Shown here: positions 12,498 to 24,084 of the stretch, one piece after another | Layout of the letters: each line of letters begins with the position of its first letter | Numbering within the stretch: the first letter of the stretch is position 1 | DNA from: Mobula hypostoma | Lineage: Eukaryota | Direction of reading: 5' to 3' | DNA length: 64,000 nt | Assembly (NCBI RefSeq): GCF_963921235.1 | Contig: NC_086097.1 | Coordinates: 111,974,001 to 112,038,000 of the forward strand | Translations under genes and position numbers: made by a program | Notes under the pieces: generated by a model | Database searches by the model: none | What the model was told of the DNA's origin: nothing | What the model saw: only the letters and a program-made list of their open reading frames with translations

Positions 12498-13149
12498 TTG
12501 CAATTGTTGCTCCAGCAAGTGCTAAATGCTTTTGCAGTTTGAAGCACAAATGATTTTGACTGAAGATTTATTGTGTGTTTGCCTTTATTTCCCTGGAGAA
12601 TCCACTGCATTGAATCAGTTCTTGAGAGATGATGGAATTACTAAAAAGAAGTTTGTCTACTGTACAATATACAAGTCATTATGACTGGATGCAAAACAAT
12701 GGTGAAATACTCAGCAGATCAAATAGGATCTATGGAGAGGGATGAAGCACAAGAACACAGATGCTGAAAATTTTGAGCATAAATCAAACAGCTGGAATAA
12801 TTCAATGTGTTAAGCAGCATCTGTAGAGTTAAAAGGATGGTTGACATTTTGGGTATAAAACTTTGAATCGGCACACACAGTTTCAATTGATCACTTCTGC
12901 ATTCCACTCTAGCAAAAACATTTGTGCTGTGCTGTCCTCCTGCCTTCCACTTTTCACTGGATATTCTCAATTTTTAACATTTTCTAGACTTACCAAAGGG
13001 GTATTGATCTGAAATATTAATTCTACTTCTTTCCATGGAACAGAAAAATATCTGCTGGAAAAACTCAGCCATTCAATTAGCATCTGTAGAGACAAAGGGT
13101 AGTTGATGTTTTAGACTGAGAGCAAAAAGTAATTTACATAAACAATGAA

Positions 13150-14380
13150 TAAAAGAGGTCCCACGTGGCCCCGCTCGTCCCAGGCCTCCAGTCCGAGAAC
13201 GGACCTTTAACCATCACCTTCTGCTTCCTATCATTGAGCCAATTCTGAATCCATCCCGCTAGCTCTCCCTGAATTCCATGCAACCTCATTTTCCAGATCA
13301 GCCTGCTATTTGGGGTCTTGTCTTACTAAACTCCATCTAGACAACATCCACTATCCTATCTTATTCTATTCCCTTAGTTATTTCTTCAAAAATCTCCAAA
13401 AGATTCATTAGGATTGACCGCCATGCACAAAAACATGCTGACAATCCTTGATCAGGCCTTGACTACCTAAGTGATCTTTTCCCTCAGAATTTCCTCCAGT
13501 AATTACGCCACAACTGAAGACAGGATCACTGGCCTGTAGTTCCCAGGCCTATCCTTGAACAATGGATCATTATCCACCCTCCAGCTTTCTGGAACTTCAC
13601 CAGTGGCTAATGATGAAGCAAATATCTCTAAAGGGCCTCCATGATTTCTTCCCAGACTTCTCTTAGGATCTGTCATTGCACCTGGTCAAGCCCTGGGGTT
13701 TGCTCTTGTTAATGTGCTTCAAGGCCCAAATTCCTCCTTTCTTGTTATACATAAATGACCCAAGACCTTGCTACTTATTACCCTCATTTCATTGGTATCC
13801 ATGTTATTTTTCTTAGTACACACTGAAGAAAAATATATATTAAACATCTCAATCATCTCCTGCAGCTCCACATAGAAGCGGCCATGATGGTCTTTAAGAG
13901 GACGTAGACCTTCCCTAGTTTCTCTTTTGCTGTAAATGTAACTGAAGAACCTCTCAGGATAATCTTTAATCTTGCCTGCCAAATCCATCTTGTCCCTGAT
14001 TTTTCACCTCCTGACTTCCCTCCAAAGCCTGGTGTTTTATCTTTTTATATTAATAAAAAGGACTCCTAATATGACTTTTTTAAAAGCCTCCCACTTGTCA
14101 TCTGTTCCTTTGACTTTAAATAGAGTCAGCCAGTGGACTCCAGTCCTAACGCCCTCAAAGCTGGCCTTACTCTTGTGCACGACTTTAACTTGTGACCTGT
14201 TCTATCTTCCTCCATAACTCATTTAAAACTGATAGAATTGAGATCACTGGACCCAAAATTCTCCCCAACTGTCACTTTTGTTACTTAGCCTGCCTTGTTC
14301 CCCAAGAGGAAATCTAGTATTGCTCCTTCCCAAAGTAGGTGTTCTATATATTGTGTGAGGAAACTCTCATGGACATACCG
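13150..14380 (-). mobile_element. Old CR1 ORF2 fragment
   Basis: Degraded CR1 RT-region motifs (ORF 13719-13988 'LAGKIKDYPERFFSYI..FSSVCT'). Confidence 0.75.
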
Positions 14381-15139
14381 CCTAGAGCCTGCTGCACCAG
14401 GCCCTGTAACAAGTAAATTGAAGTGTAATGAGTCCTTACACAAAATATGAAAAATGCATTTATTTCAGTTTGAGTTTCAGTGATATTATTTGGCAACACT
14501 CTTCTAGACTAAAACTTTGTTAATACCAGGAGATTTACCTTCAGTTTGCAGCTGACCAGGAAATCAAGGGGTTTCCATGCTTGAGAAAAAATGTCTCTAT
14601 TTTCAGCCTTTACGTTTGCTTCCTTCACGTCAATATATATTGGGTTTGCAACTTTGTACAAAACATAAGATCAGTTCCATAAAGTGCTATCTTTGTGCTT
14701 AACTTTGTTCTTGGGTCTTATGTACATTTGTCATGTGTATGTCTAAATGAGCAAACGTTGGTGTGATTAAAACACGCTTACCTGATATATTGCCAGATTT
14801 ATACCTTGCCAACACATCGTCAAAACCAAGCTGGAGGATTATTAAGTGAATGGGTTCTTCTGATGCATTAACTTGTGGTAATAATATACTTTGGCTTTCA
14901 TAGATTCCTGGAGTAATAAACTGTGGCAAAGAATTTAAATTCTGATAGGTATCTATTTATTCTAATTACCCTGGACCTGTTTTACATCAAAAATATTTGT
15001 TGAATATGCCATCCATAAATCCAATCATTTGCCTCAATAAATATGTTTGCTATCTTTCCTGAAGTGCCTTGTGATTTCAATGTACTTTGGAAATAATTTC
15101 ACATGTCGGATATAATTTGTACAAAACAGGGAACAGCAT

Positions 15140-15330
15140 TGCCAGCCAGTGCACCGGACCTTGATGCGAGTGGTCCTGGGTCAAATCCTGAGGGCTCCTT
15201 GTAGGCTTTCCATTTGTGCTGGATTGAGTGTTGAGCTAGCACCAGAAGAGCAAAGCAGACAAATGCTAAACAAATGGCAAGCTTGCCACCTGATGCGCCA
15301 CAAGGTGTGGAGAGCAACAAGAAGTGAACA
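15140..15330 (+). mobile_element. Degraded tRNA-derived SINE sharing head and core with 18827-19071
   Basis: Shared 'cagtgc.ccggac' and 'gctttccat..gtgc.gg.ttgagtgtt.agct.gc'; different 3' part. Confidence 0.55.
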
Positions 15331-15412
15331 GCATGGAATTAATTTTTAAATAGGTCACAAACAGTGGTTGATACTGCTTCCTGAATCCACTGTGTCTCTC
15401 CACTATGTTATG

Positions 15413-16730
15413 ACTCGCTCACGCAGCCAGAGGACCAAGTTCAGTCTTGACCTTGGCTCCTGTCTGTGTGGAGTGTCACAGACCCTGTGACGGGGATAAA
15501 GAACCAGCAGAGATGGAAAACACTTTGGAGTCTCGTATTGCTATAAACTAATAATATTTATTAGTAACTACGCAATACAGTAATATAAATGTAAATAAAT
15601 CAAACAGGTTAGCAATAATTATATATAAAAGTAAGTGCGGAATATATATGTATGAAAAAACCAAGCTTCGTTAAGTCTAGGGGTAAAAAGATACAGTCTT
15701 ACGATGTTGAGTAAAGTTCAGTTCATGGTATTTAGTTGAGAAGTGATGTGGTGGGGGGGGGGGAGAAGAGAGAGAGAGAGAGATCTATCTATCTATCTAT
15801 CTTCAGGTGAGCAGATGCCGTCGATCTTCTTGTCATCCTCCGAAATCCTTTACAAGTCACCAACTGTGACTTTAACCAGGGGGACCGGTCTTCTGTGGTG
15901 GAGCTATCACCCAGGCGAGGGTGGACACATAGACAACTCCCCACCAGTCAACCCCTTCTCCACCGATGGAATAACAATTTGGATCGATCCGCCTGATCGG
16001 TCCTCCAAAACCCACTTTCTCTGCGGGTACAACAATGCTCATTCAGTGTCCAGATCATGTGTCCCGAGGTCTGTATCATCTGACTTCCCATTTATTTCAC
16101 CAGGCTGAGCATCACTTGTCATGCAAAGAGTCTCTCCCTCCTTTGTCTGTAAAGGAGTGCAAGCAGGCAACATGTCCTTGAAAGTAATATCAATAACCAG
16201 CTGAAAATCATAACATCGAGTGTCCACTGCCTTCGGTCACCATAGCACCTTCCAAGCTGCTCGGTGCTGTCTCCAACTCCAAACTCAGTAAAAATCCAAC
16301 GTTACTGCCAATGCCTTAAAGTGACAGTCCAACCGTTAATCTTCGTCTCTCTCTCTCTCTTTTCAAAAGCAACATATCGGTGGTAAATAACTCTGTCTCT
16401 CTCTCCTTTCCAAACAAACCATCAATGATGAATGTCTCTCTCCAAACAGTTAATAGGGGTACTCCAGCATCCCCTCACAGGAGTGTGCAGGTTCTCCCTG
16501 TGACATCCTGTGTTACTTTGGGTGCTCCAGCTTCCACCCACATCCCAAACAGGCACAGGTTGACAGGTTATTTGGGCAGTGTAAATTGCCCCAGATGTGA
16601 AGTGAGTGACAGAATCTGGAGGAAGTTGAAAAGAATGTATAAAGAATTAAAAACTGAGTGTGAATAGGTGGTTGATGTGGACTCAGGGGGTCAAAGTCCT
16701 GTTTCTGCACTTCATATCTGTAACTCTAAA
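15413..16730 (+). mobile_element. HE1-like V-SINE split by a solo LTR
   Basis: 'tgtctgtgtggag' resumes as 'ggagtgtgcaggttctccctgtgac...ggtgctccagcttccacccacatccc' after the insert. Confidence 0.7.
15474..16479 (-). mobile_element. Solo LTR (about 1.0 kb) with 4-bp TSD GGAG
   Basis: TG...CA termini, GGAG at 15470-15473 and 16480-16483; minus-strand AATAAA about 80 bp from the left end. Confidence 0.85.
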
Positions 16731-16919
16731 TGCACCATACTTGAGGGAGGATTTCTTCTGCCAAGGGGAGAAAGCAGTTGAAGAAGACATTGTTGGTGAC
16801 ATTCCAAAGTCCTCTGTAATAATGGTAGTCACTTATATACCCTACCTTGGAAAGAGTTATGATTATGGCATCTTTGACGTGCTCCAGTAGATATTTCTCC
16901 TCCAAGATGTGGGGGATGA

Positions 16920-17690
16920 GAGACACAAGATACTGCAGATACTGAAAAGCCGGAGCAAAGCACTGGAGACCAGAGAAACTCAGCAGGTCAGGCAGCATCT
17001 ATGCAGGGATATGGGCAGTAGACTTTTCAGGGTCAAGACCCTTCATCAGGATTGGAAAGAAGGAGGGAAGATAACCAGAATAAAAAGATTTGGAAAAAGT
17101 GTGGAGCAAGAATTTGCAGATGATAGGTGGATCTTGGTGAGAGGGGATTAATAGGTGAGGGAAGGGGATATTGGAAATGATGTAAGAAGCTGTAGCACGA
17201 TAGGTAGAAGTGACAATTGGCTGAAGATGATGAAATCAGATGGGGAAGGACAGTGGACCATGGAATAAAGGGAAGGAGGTGGGAGGAATGTGTGGGTGCT
17301 GGACAGATAGAGAGGGTGGGGGAAGGGGAAGTGATGGTGTGATGCAAGGCTGGTGGAATAAATAAGAAAAAAGGGCGCTGAGGTGAGAGGTTACTGGGAG
17401 TCAGAGAAATAAATGTTCATGCCATCAAGTCAGAGATTGACTGGCATAATATGAGGTGTTGTTACTTTTTTCTGTGTCTGGCCACAACTTAGCAGTAGAA
17501 GAGGCTGTGGACATACAGGCCGATGTGGAAATGGGTGGCCATGGGAATATCCTGGTAGGTATGGAGACAGAGAACAGTCACTCATTAAGGTGATTCCCCC
17601 AATCTGTGTCAGGTCTCACGAAACTAATATGCAGGGGGATGGGAACCAGGATGATAGAGCTGAGGATGAGCCAGCAGGTTTACAAGTAGA
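16920..17690 (-). mobile_element. Penelope-like element 3' fragment (continues at about 20830-21040 after CR1 insertions)
   Basis: Reverse complement of the terminal motif (gatgctgcctgacctgctgag), hammerhead core and GIY-YIG-region remnants; homologous to 50750-51600. Confidence 0.7.
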
Positions 17691-17759
17691 TGATGGGTTT
17701 TACATGAATGACTCAATGGGCTGAATGGCCTACTTCTGCTCCTATGTCTTACAGTCTTA

Positions 17760-20700
17760 TGCAACGATTGACAAGCCAATGATTGGGTACAAATGCAGAC
17801 AGAGCAAAGAATTAAATTGTACCACAGAGGCAAAATTCAAAAGGACAAAGAATGCAGGACTGAAGGTGTTGTATTTAAATGCGCATAACACTTGAAATAA
17901 AGTGGACGAACTTGTGGCGCAATTAGAGATGGTCGGTATGACATTGTTGGCATTACTGAGTTGTGGCTGTAAGAAGGTTAACATCAAAGGATATACTTTC
18001 TATCGAAAGAACAGGCAGGAAGGCATAGGCAGTGGTGCGGCTCTGTTGATAAGGATATGGGAATCATATAGAGGCCTCCAAATAGTAGCCAAGATGTAGG
18101 GTTGAGATTGCAAAGGGAGCTGGAAAAGGCATGTAATAAGGGTAATATCACAATTGTAAGGGGGACTTCAATATGCAAAGAGATTGGGAAAATCAGGTTG
18201 GTGCCAGATTGCGAGAGAAGGAGTTTGTTGAATGCCTATGAGATGGCTTTTTAGAGCAGCTTGTGTTTGAGCCTATAAGGTTATCTTAGATTGGGTATTG
18301 TGTGATAACCTAGATCTTATTAGGGAGCTTAATGTGAAGGAACCCTTAGGAAATAGTGATAATATGATTGAATTCATACTGCAATTTGAGAGAGAGAAGC
18401 ATAAGTCACATGTATAAGTATTGCAATGGAATAAGGGGAATTACGGAGGGATGAGAGAGGATTGCCCACGTGGATTGGAAAAGGATACTGCCAGGGATGA
18501 TGGAAGAGCAAAGATGGCTGAAGTTTCTGGGAATAGTTCACAAGGCGCAAGTTAGCTATGTCCCACTGAAGAAGTTGTTCTCAAATGGCAGGGGTAGGTA
18601 AATGTGGCTGACAAGGGAAGTTAAGGACTGCATAAAAGCCAAGGAAAGGGCATATAATGTACCAAAAGTGAGTGGGAAGTTGGATGATTAGGAAGCTTTT
18701 AAAATCCAACTAAAGGCAGCTAAAAAAGCTATAAGAAGGGAAATGATTAAATAGGAGGGCAAGTTAGCCAATAATATAAAGCAGGATACTATTTTTTTTC
18801 TGTTATATAAAGGGTAAAAGGGAGGTAGGCCAGCTGGTGGCGCAGTGATATCAGTGCCGGACTCCGGAGCAAAGGTTCCCAAGTTCGAACCCAGTCGGGC
18901 CACTCCCGGGTATGCTTTCCATCCGTGCCGGGTTGAGTGTTAAGCTCGCGACTCAGCCTCATAAAAAAAACTGCGCTGAGAAGGATGTGGGGGGCCACTC
19001 ACAAAATCTTTCCTCCAAGACAACCACCTGAAAAGTGGTCGCCAAGGCTCTGGCAGAGTACGGCACACAAAAAAAGGGAGGTGCGAGTTGGACCTCTGGA
19101 AAATCATACTAGTGAGGTAGTAATGGGGGACAAAGAAATGGCAGGTGAACTTAATGCATACTTTGCACCAGTCTTCACTGTGGAAGACACTAGCAATGTG
19201 CCAGAGGTCCATGAGTATCAGGGAGCAGGAGTGAGTGCCATTGCTATTACAAAGGAAAAAATACTAGGCAAACTCAAAGGTCTTAAGGTGGACAAGTCAC
19301 CTGCACCAGATGAACTACATCATAGAGCCCTGATAGAGGTTGCTAAAAAGATAACAGATGCATTGGTCATGATCTTTCAAGAATCACTTGATTCTGGCAT
19401 GGTCCCAGAGGACTAGAAAATCGCAAATGTCACTCCACTCTTTAAGAAGGGAGGAAGGCAAAAGAACGGAAATTATAGGCCTGTTAGCCTAACCTTAGTG
19501 GCTGGTTAAGTGCTGGAGTCTATTATTAAGGAGGAGGGTTTTGGGGTACTTGGAAACTAAAAATAAGTCAAAGTCGGCATGGTTTCTGTGAAGGGAAATC
19601 TTGCCTGACAAATCTGTTAGAGTTCTTCGAGGAAGTAACAAACAGGGTGGACAAAGGTGAGGCAGTGGATGTCATTTACTTGGATTTTCAGAAGGCATTT
19701 GATCAGGTGCCACACTTGAGACTGCTTAACAAGATCAAATCCTATGGTGTTACAGGAAAGATACTGACATAGACAGTGGGCTCGCAGGAGCCAGCGAGTG
19801 GGAATAAAGGGGGTCTTTTCTGGTTGACTGGTGTTCCTCAGTGGTTAGTATTGGGACTGCTATTTTTCACATTGTTAATGATTTAGATAAAGTAATTGAT
19901 GGCTCTATTGGAAAGGTTTGCGGAAGATACGAAGATAGGTGGGGAAGCAATATGATTGCAGCAGGACTTAAATTGGAATAGCAAAAAAAGTGGCAGACGG
20001 AATACAGTGTTGGGAAATCTATGACAATGCATTTTGGTGAAAGGAACAAAAGTGCAGATTATTATCTAAATGGGGAGAAAATTCAAACATCAGAGGTGCA
20101 GAGGGACTAAGGAGTCCTTGTGCAAGACTCCCAGAAGGTTAATTTACATATTGATTCTGTGGTTAAAAAGGCAAATGCAACGTTGACATTTATTTCAAGG
20201 GGAATAGAATATATAAGCAAGGAGATAATGCTGAGCCTTTATAAGACACTAGTCAGGCCACACTTGAGAGTATTGTCAACAGTTTTGCGCCCCATATTTC
20301 AAAAAGGATGTGTTGTCATTGGAGAGAGTCCAGAGGAGGTCGCCGAGGATGATTCTGGGAATGAAGGGGTTAACATATGAGGAGCGTTTGGCAGCCTTGG
20401 GCCTGTACTCACTGGAACTTAGAAGAATGCAGAAGGATCTCATTGAAACTGACCGAATGGTAAAAGGACTAGATAAGGTGGATGCGGAGAGGATGTTTCC
20501 TATGGAGGGTCTATCCAGAACTAGCGGGCACAGCCTCAAAATTGAGGGGCCACCTTTTAGGACAGAGGCAAGGAGAAATTTTTTTAGCCAGAGAGTAGTG
20601 AATCTGTGGAATGCTCTGCCACAGACTGCTGTGGGGCCAAGTCCGTGGGTATATTTCAAATGGAAGTTGATAGTTTCCTGATTGGTCTGGCCATCAAAGG

Positions 20701-20826
20701 ATATGGCGAGAAGGCAGGTGTATGGGGTTGCGTGGGGATTCAGGATCAACCATGATGGAATGGCAGAGTGGACTCGATGGGCTGAATGGCCTAATTCTGC
20801 TCCTGTGTCTTATGGTTTTATGGTCT
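17760..20826 (+). mobile_element. CR1 LINE, 5'-truncated (ORF2 APE+RT), older subfamily
   Basis: LNA, GDFN, LKGLKVDKSP, LDFQKAFD remnants; tcttatgg-type tail. Confidence 0.9.
18827..19071 (+). mobile_element. tRNA-derived SINE with 11-bp TSD inserted in CR1
   Basis: A box TGGCGCAGTGA (18838), B box GTTCGAACC (18883), TSD AAAAGGGAGGT at 18816-18826 and 19072-19082, RTE-like 3' end gtacggcac. Confidence 0.85.
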
Positions 20827-21279
20827 AATGCAATGGAAGTTGCATGAGGAGCATTGGAAGCAATAAGTGACACTGATGAATATTCCACACCTGGAAGGAC
20901 TACTTTAGGCTCTAGATGGTGATGAAGGAGGAGGTGTAGGAAGTGTAACACTTAGTTGTAAGTGTCTGCAGGCGCTCAATGGGGAATGATGAATGGTCAA
21001 GGGGTGTCATGAAGATAACATTGCCTGCAGAAACTGGATGAGATTTTTGACTGAATTTTCTCACTGCCAACTGTTACAGCTTCAGTAGAGATATCTGCTT
21101 TCAAGGCACTGATTATTTAGTTGTCATGTGGCCATCTGGATTTCTTATCATCTGGGTTAAAAACAAATTAGGACTGGATAGTGTGAAAGTCAAAAGATTT
21201 TGGAAATCTAAAATAAACACAGAAATCACCATAAACACTCAGCAGGTCAGGCAGTATCAGTGGAAAGAGAAGTGGTATG

Positions 21280-23043
21280 GCAGAATAGTTGGCCAGAGGA
21301 AATTGGACGGAGCTGCTGGCAGGGATGTCAGCAGAGCAGCAGTGGCGTGCCTTTCTGGGAAAAATGAGGAAGGTGCAGGACATATGTATTCCAAAAATGA
21401 AGAAATACTCAAATGGTGAAATAGTATAAATACAGCTGACAAGGGAAGTCAAAGCTATTGTAAAAGCAAAAGAAAGGGCATGTAACAAAGCAAAAATTAG
21501 TGGGAAGATAGAGGATTGGGAAATTTTTAAAAATCTATAGGCAGCAACTAAAAGAAATATGAAAGCAAGCTAGCAAATAATATCAAAGTGGATAGTAAAA
21601 GATTTTTCAAGTATGTTAAAAATAAAAATGAGAGTGGATATAGGACCGCTAGAAAATGAGGCAGAAGGAATAGAAACGGGGGACAAGGAGATGGCTGATG
21701 AACTAAATGAGTATTCTGCATCAGTCTTCACTGTGGAAGACACTAGCAGTATGCCTGACGTTGTAGTGTATGAAGGAAGATAAGTGGGTGCAGTTACTAC
21801 TACAAGAGAGAAGTTGCTCAAAAAGCTGAAACATCTAAAGGTACATAAGTCACCCAGACCAGATGAACTGTGCCATAGGTTTCTGAAAGAGATAGTGTTA
21901 AGAGATTGTGGTGGCATTAGAAATGATCTTTCAAAAATCATTGGACTCTAGCATAGTGCCAGAGACTGGAAAATTGCAAATGTCACTCCACTCTTTAAGA
22001 AAGAAGGAAGGCAGCAGTAAGGAAATTATAGACCAGTTAACCTGACCTCAGTGGTTGGAAAGATGTTACAGTCAATTGTTAAGGATAAGGTGATGGAGTA
22101 CTTGGTGACACAGGACAAGAAAGTACAAAGTCAGCATGGTTTGCTTCAGGGAAAATCCTGCCTGATGAACCTGTTGGTATTCCTTGAAGAAATTACAAGT
22201 AGAATAGGTAAAGGGGATGCAGTGGATGTTGTACATTTAGACTTTCAGAAGGCCTTTGACAAGGTGCCACATATGAGGCTGCTTATCAAGTTAAGAGCCC
22301 ATGGCATTACAGCAAAGTTACTAACCTGGATAGAGCATTGGCTGATTGGTAGGAAGCAGCGAGTGGGAATAAAAGGATCCTTTTCTGGTTGGCTGCCAGT
22401 GACTAATGCTGTTCCACAGGGCCCGGTGTTGGGACCACTTCTTTTTATGCTGTATATAAATAACTTAGATGATGGAATAGGTGGCTTTGTTGCCAAGTTT
22501 GCAGATGATATGAAGATTGGTGGAGGGGCCTCACCTTGAGTATTGTGAACAATTTTGGGCCTCTCATCTTAGAAGTTCACAGGGATGATTCCAGGAATAA
22601 AGGGGTTATCATACGAGGAACTTTTGATGGCTCTGGGTCTGTATTCACTGGAATTCAGGATGAAGGGCGATCTCATTGAAACCTTTCAAATGTTGAAAGG
22701 CCTAGACAGAGTAGATGTGGAAAAAATGTTTCCCATGGTGGGAGAGTCTAGGACAAGCTCAGGATAGAGGGGTGCCCTTTCAAAACAGAGATGTGGAGAA
22801 ATTTCTTTAGCCAGAGGGTGATGAATTTGTGGAATTTGTTGCCACATGCAGCTGTGGAGGCCAGGTCGTTGGGGGTGTATTTAAGGCAGAGATTGATAGG
22901 TTCTTGATTAGACATAGCATCAAAGGTTACGGGGAGAAGGCTGGGAACTGGGGTTGAGGAGGAGAAAAAAAGGATCAGCCATAATTGAATGGTGGAGCAG
23001 ACTCGATGGGCCAGATGGCCTAACTCCTATGTCTTATGGTCTA
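21280..23043 (+). mobile_element. CR1 LINE fragment with internal deletions, inserted in a Penelope terminus
   Basis: ORF 22051-22539 RT (PQGPVLGP, FADD); deletion junction near 22528; tcttatggtct tail. Confidence 0.9.
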
Positions 23044-24084
23044 AGCAGAGATGCAGAGTTTTATATCCAAGACTCTTAATCATAACTAGGAAAGAGTGAT
23101 GGATAGGACAAAGGGAATTTCTCTGCTACAGTGAGATCACAATTGTCACAGTGGCAAGCCATTAATTAAGTGATCTGACTGATGAGGACAGTTGGAGAGA
23201 AAACAGACAAAGGAACAAGAAAAGCTGAAAATTGCAGGTCATAGCCGTAGTAAATGTCCAGGAAATCATGTAGTGTCAGTGAAGAGAGAAAAACTGTGTT
23301 AATTTTACAGATGAATAAACTGTAAGAGGATAGGCCACTTCTGTTAGTGAAATTGTTGAATTCACAATTGAGTCCCGGAGGATGTAACATATCCAGATGG
23401 AAAATGAGTTGGTGTTCCTCAAGTTATCTAACCAGGTAACCAAGGGGATTGATGATGTCAGGCAATAGGCATTATCTACAGGGACAGCCAGCAGTAAACT
23501 AAGAGCTGTCCCTTCCTATTAATAAAGGATGCACTGGAAAGTGATCATTCTATTCGCTTTTTGTTTTTCCAATACAGAGGAACCCACATTGTGAGTATGA
23601 AGGCAATACACTCGATCAGAAGAAGAAATGGTTGGTAGATGGGATAGCCTTTCGGGTGGGTCAAGGGCAGAGTATCTGTTGAGATCTATGTAGTGTTCTC
23701 TCCAACAGATACTGACTGCCAATCTGCCCCTGATGAGTTCACTCCTGTTCTTAGCTCACAGTGTCATGATACCTCAGTTATTTGGGGAATAGTTGGCCTT
23801 GACCACAATGAAAAATCTGTGCATGCAATAGTCATCAGCAAGTTGCTGGGTCTCCTACCCCTTTCTCCGCTGGAGATTGGCATTCGTGATATTAGGTAGC
23901 TCCTTTCCATTAAGGCACTGTGAAGCTCTGGATCTATAAATACTTTGTGCTTTTTGCTAGTTACCTTCTGAAGTGCCACTGGACAGTGTAAGGTGAATGC
24001 ACGTACATTCAATCGACTGGTGAACCTGGTCTGAAGTTTTTTTGGGTGTGTCATCATAGAAGTCAGGCAGATTGTGATGCTAAG

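Noticed and set aside
18828..18900. tRNA gene
   Set aside because: A/B boxes are present but there is no convincing cloverleaf, and it is the head of a TSD-flanked SINE.
23519..24080. Possible host exons (ORFs 23764-24141 and 23693-23899)
   Set aside because: No recognisable protein or coherent splice sites; an LADD-like motif in another frame suggests a decayed RT.
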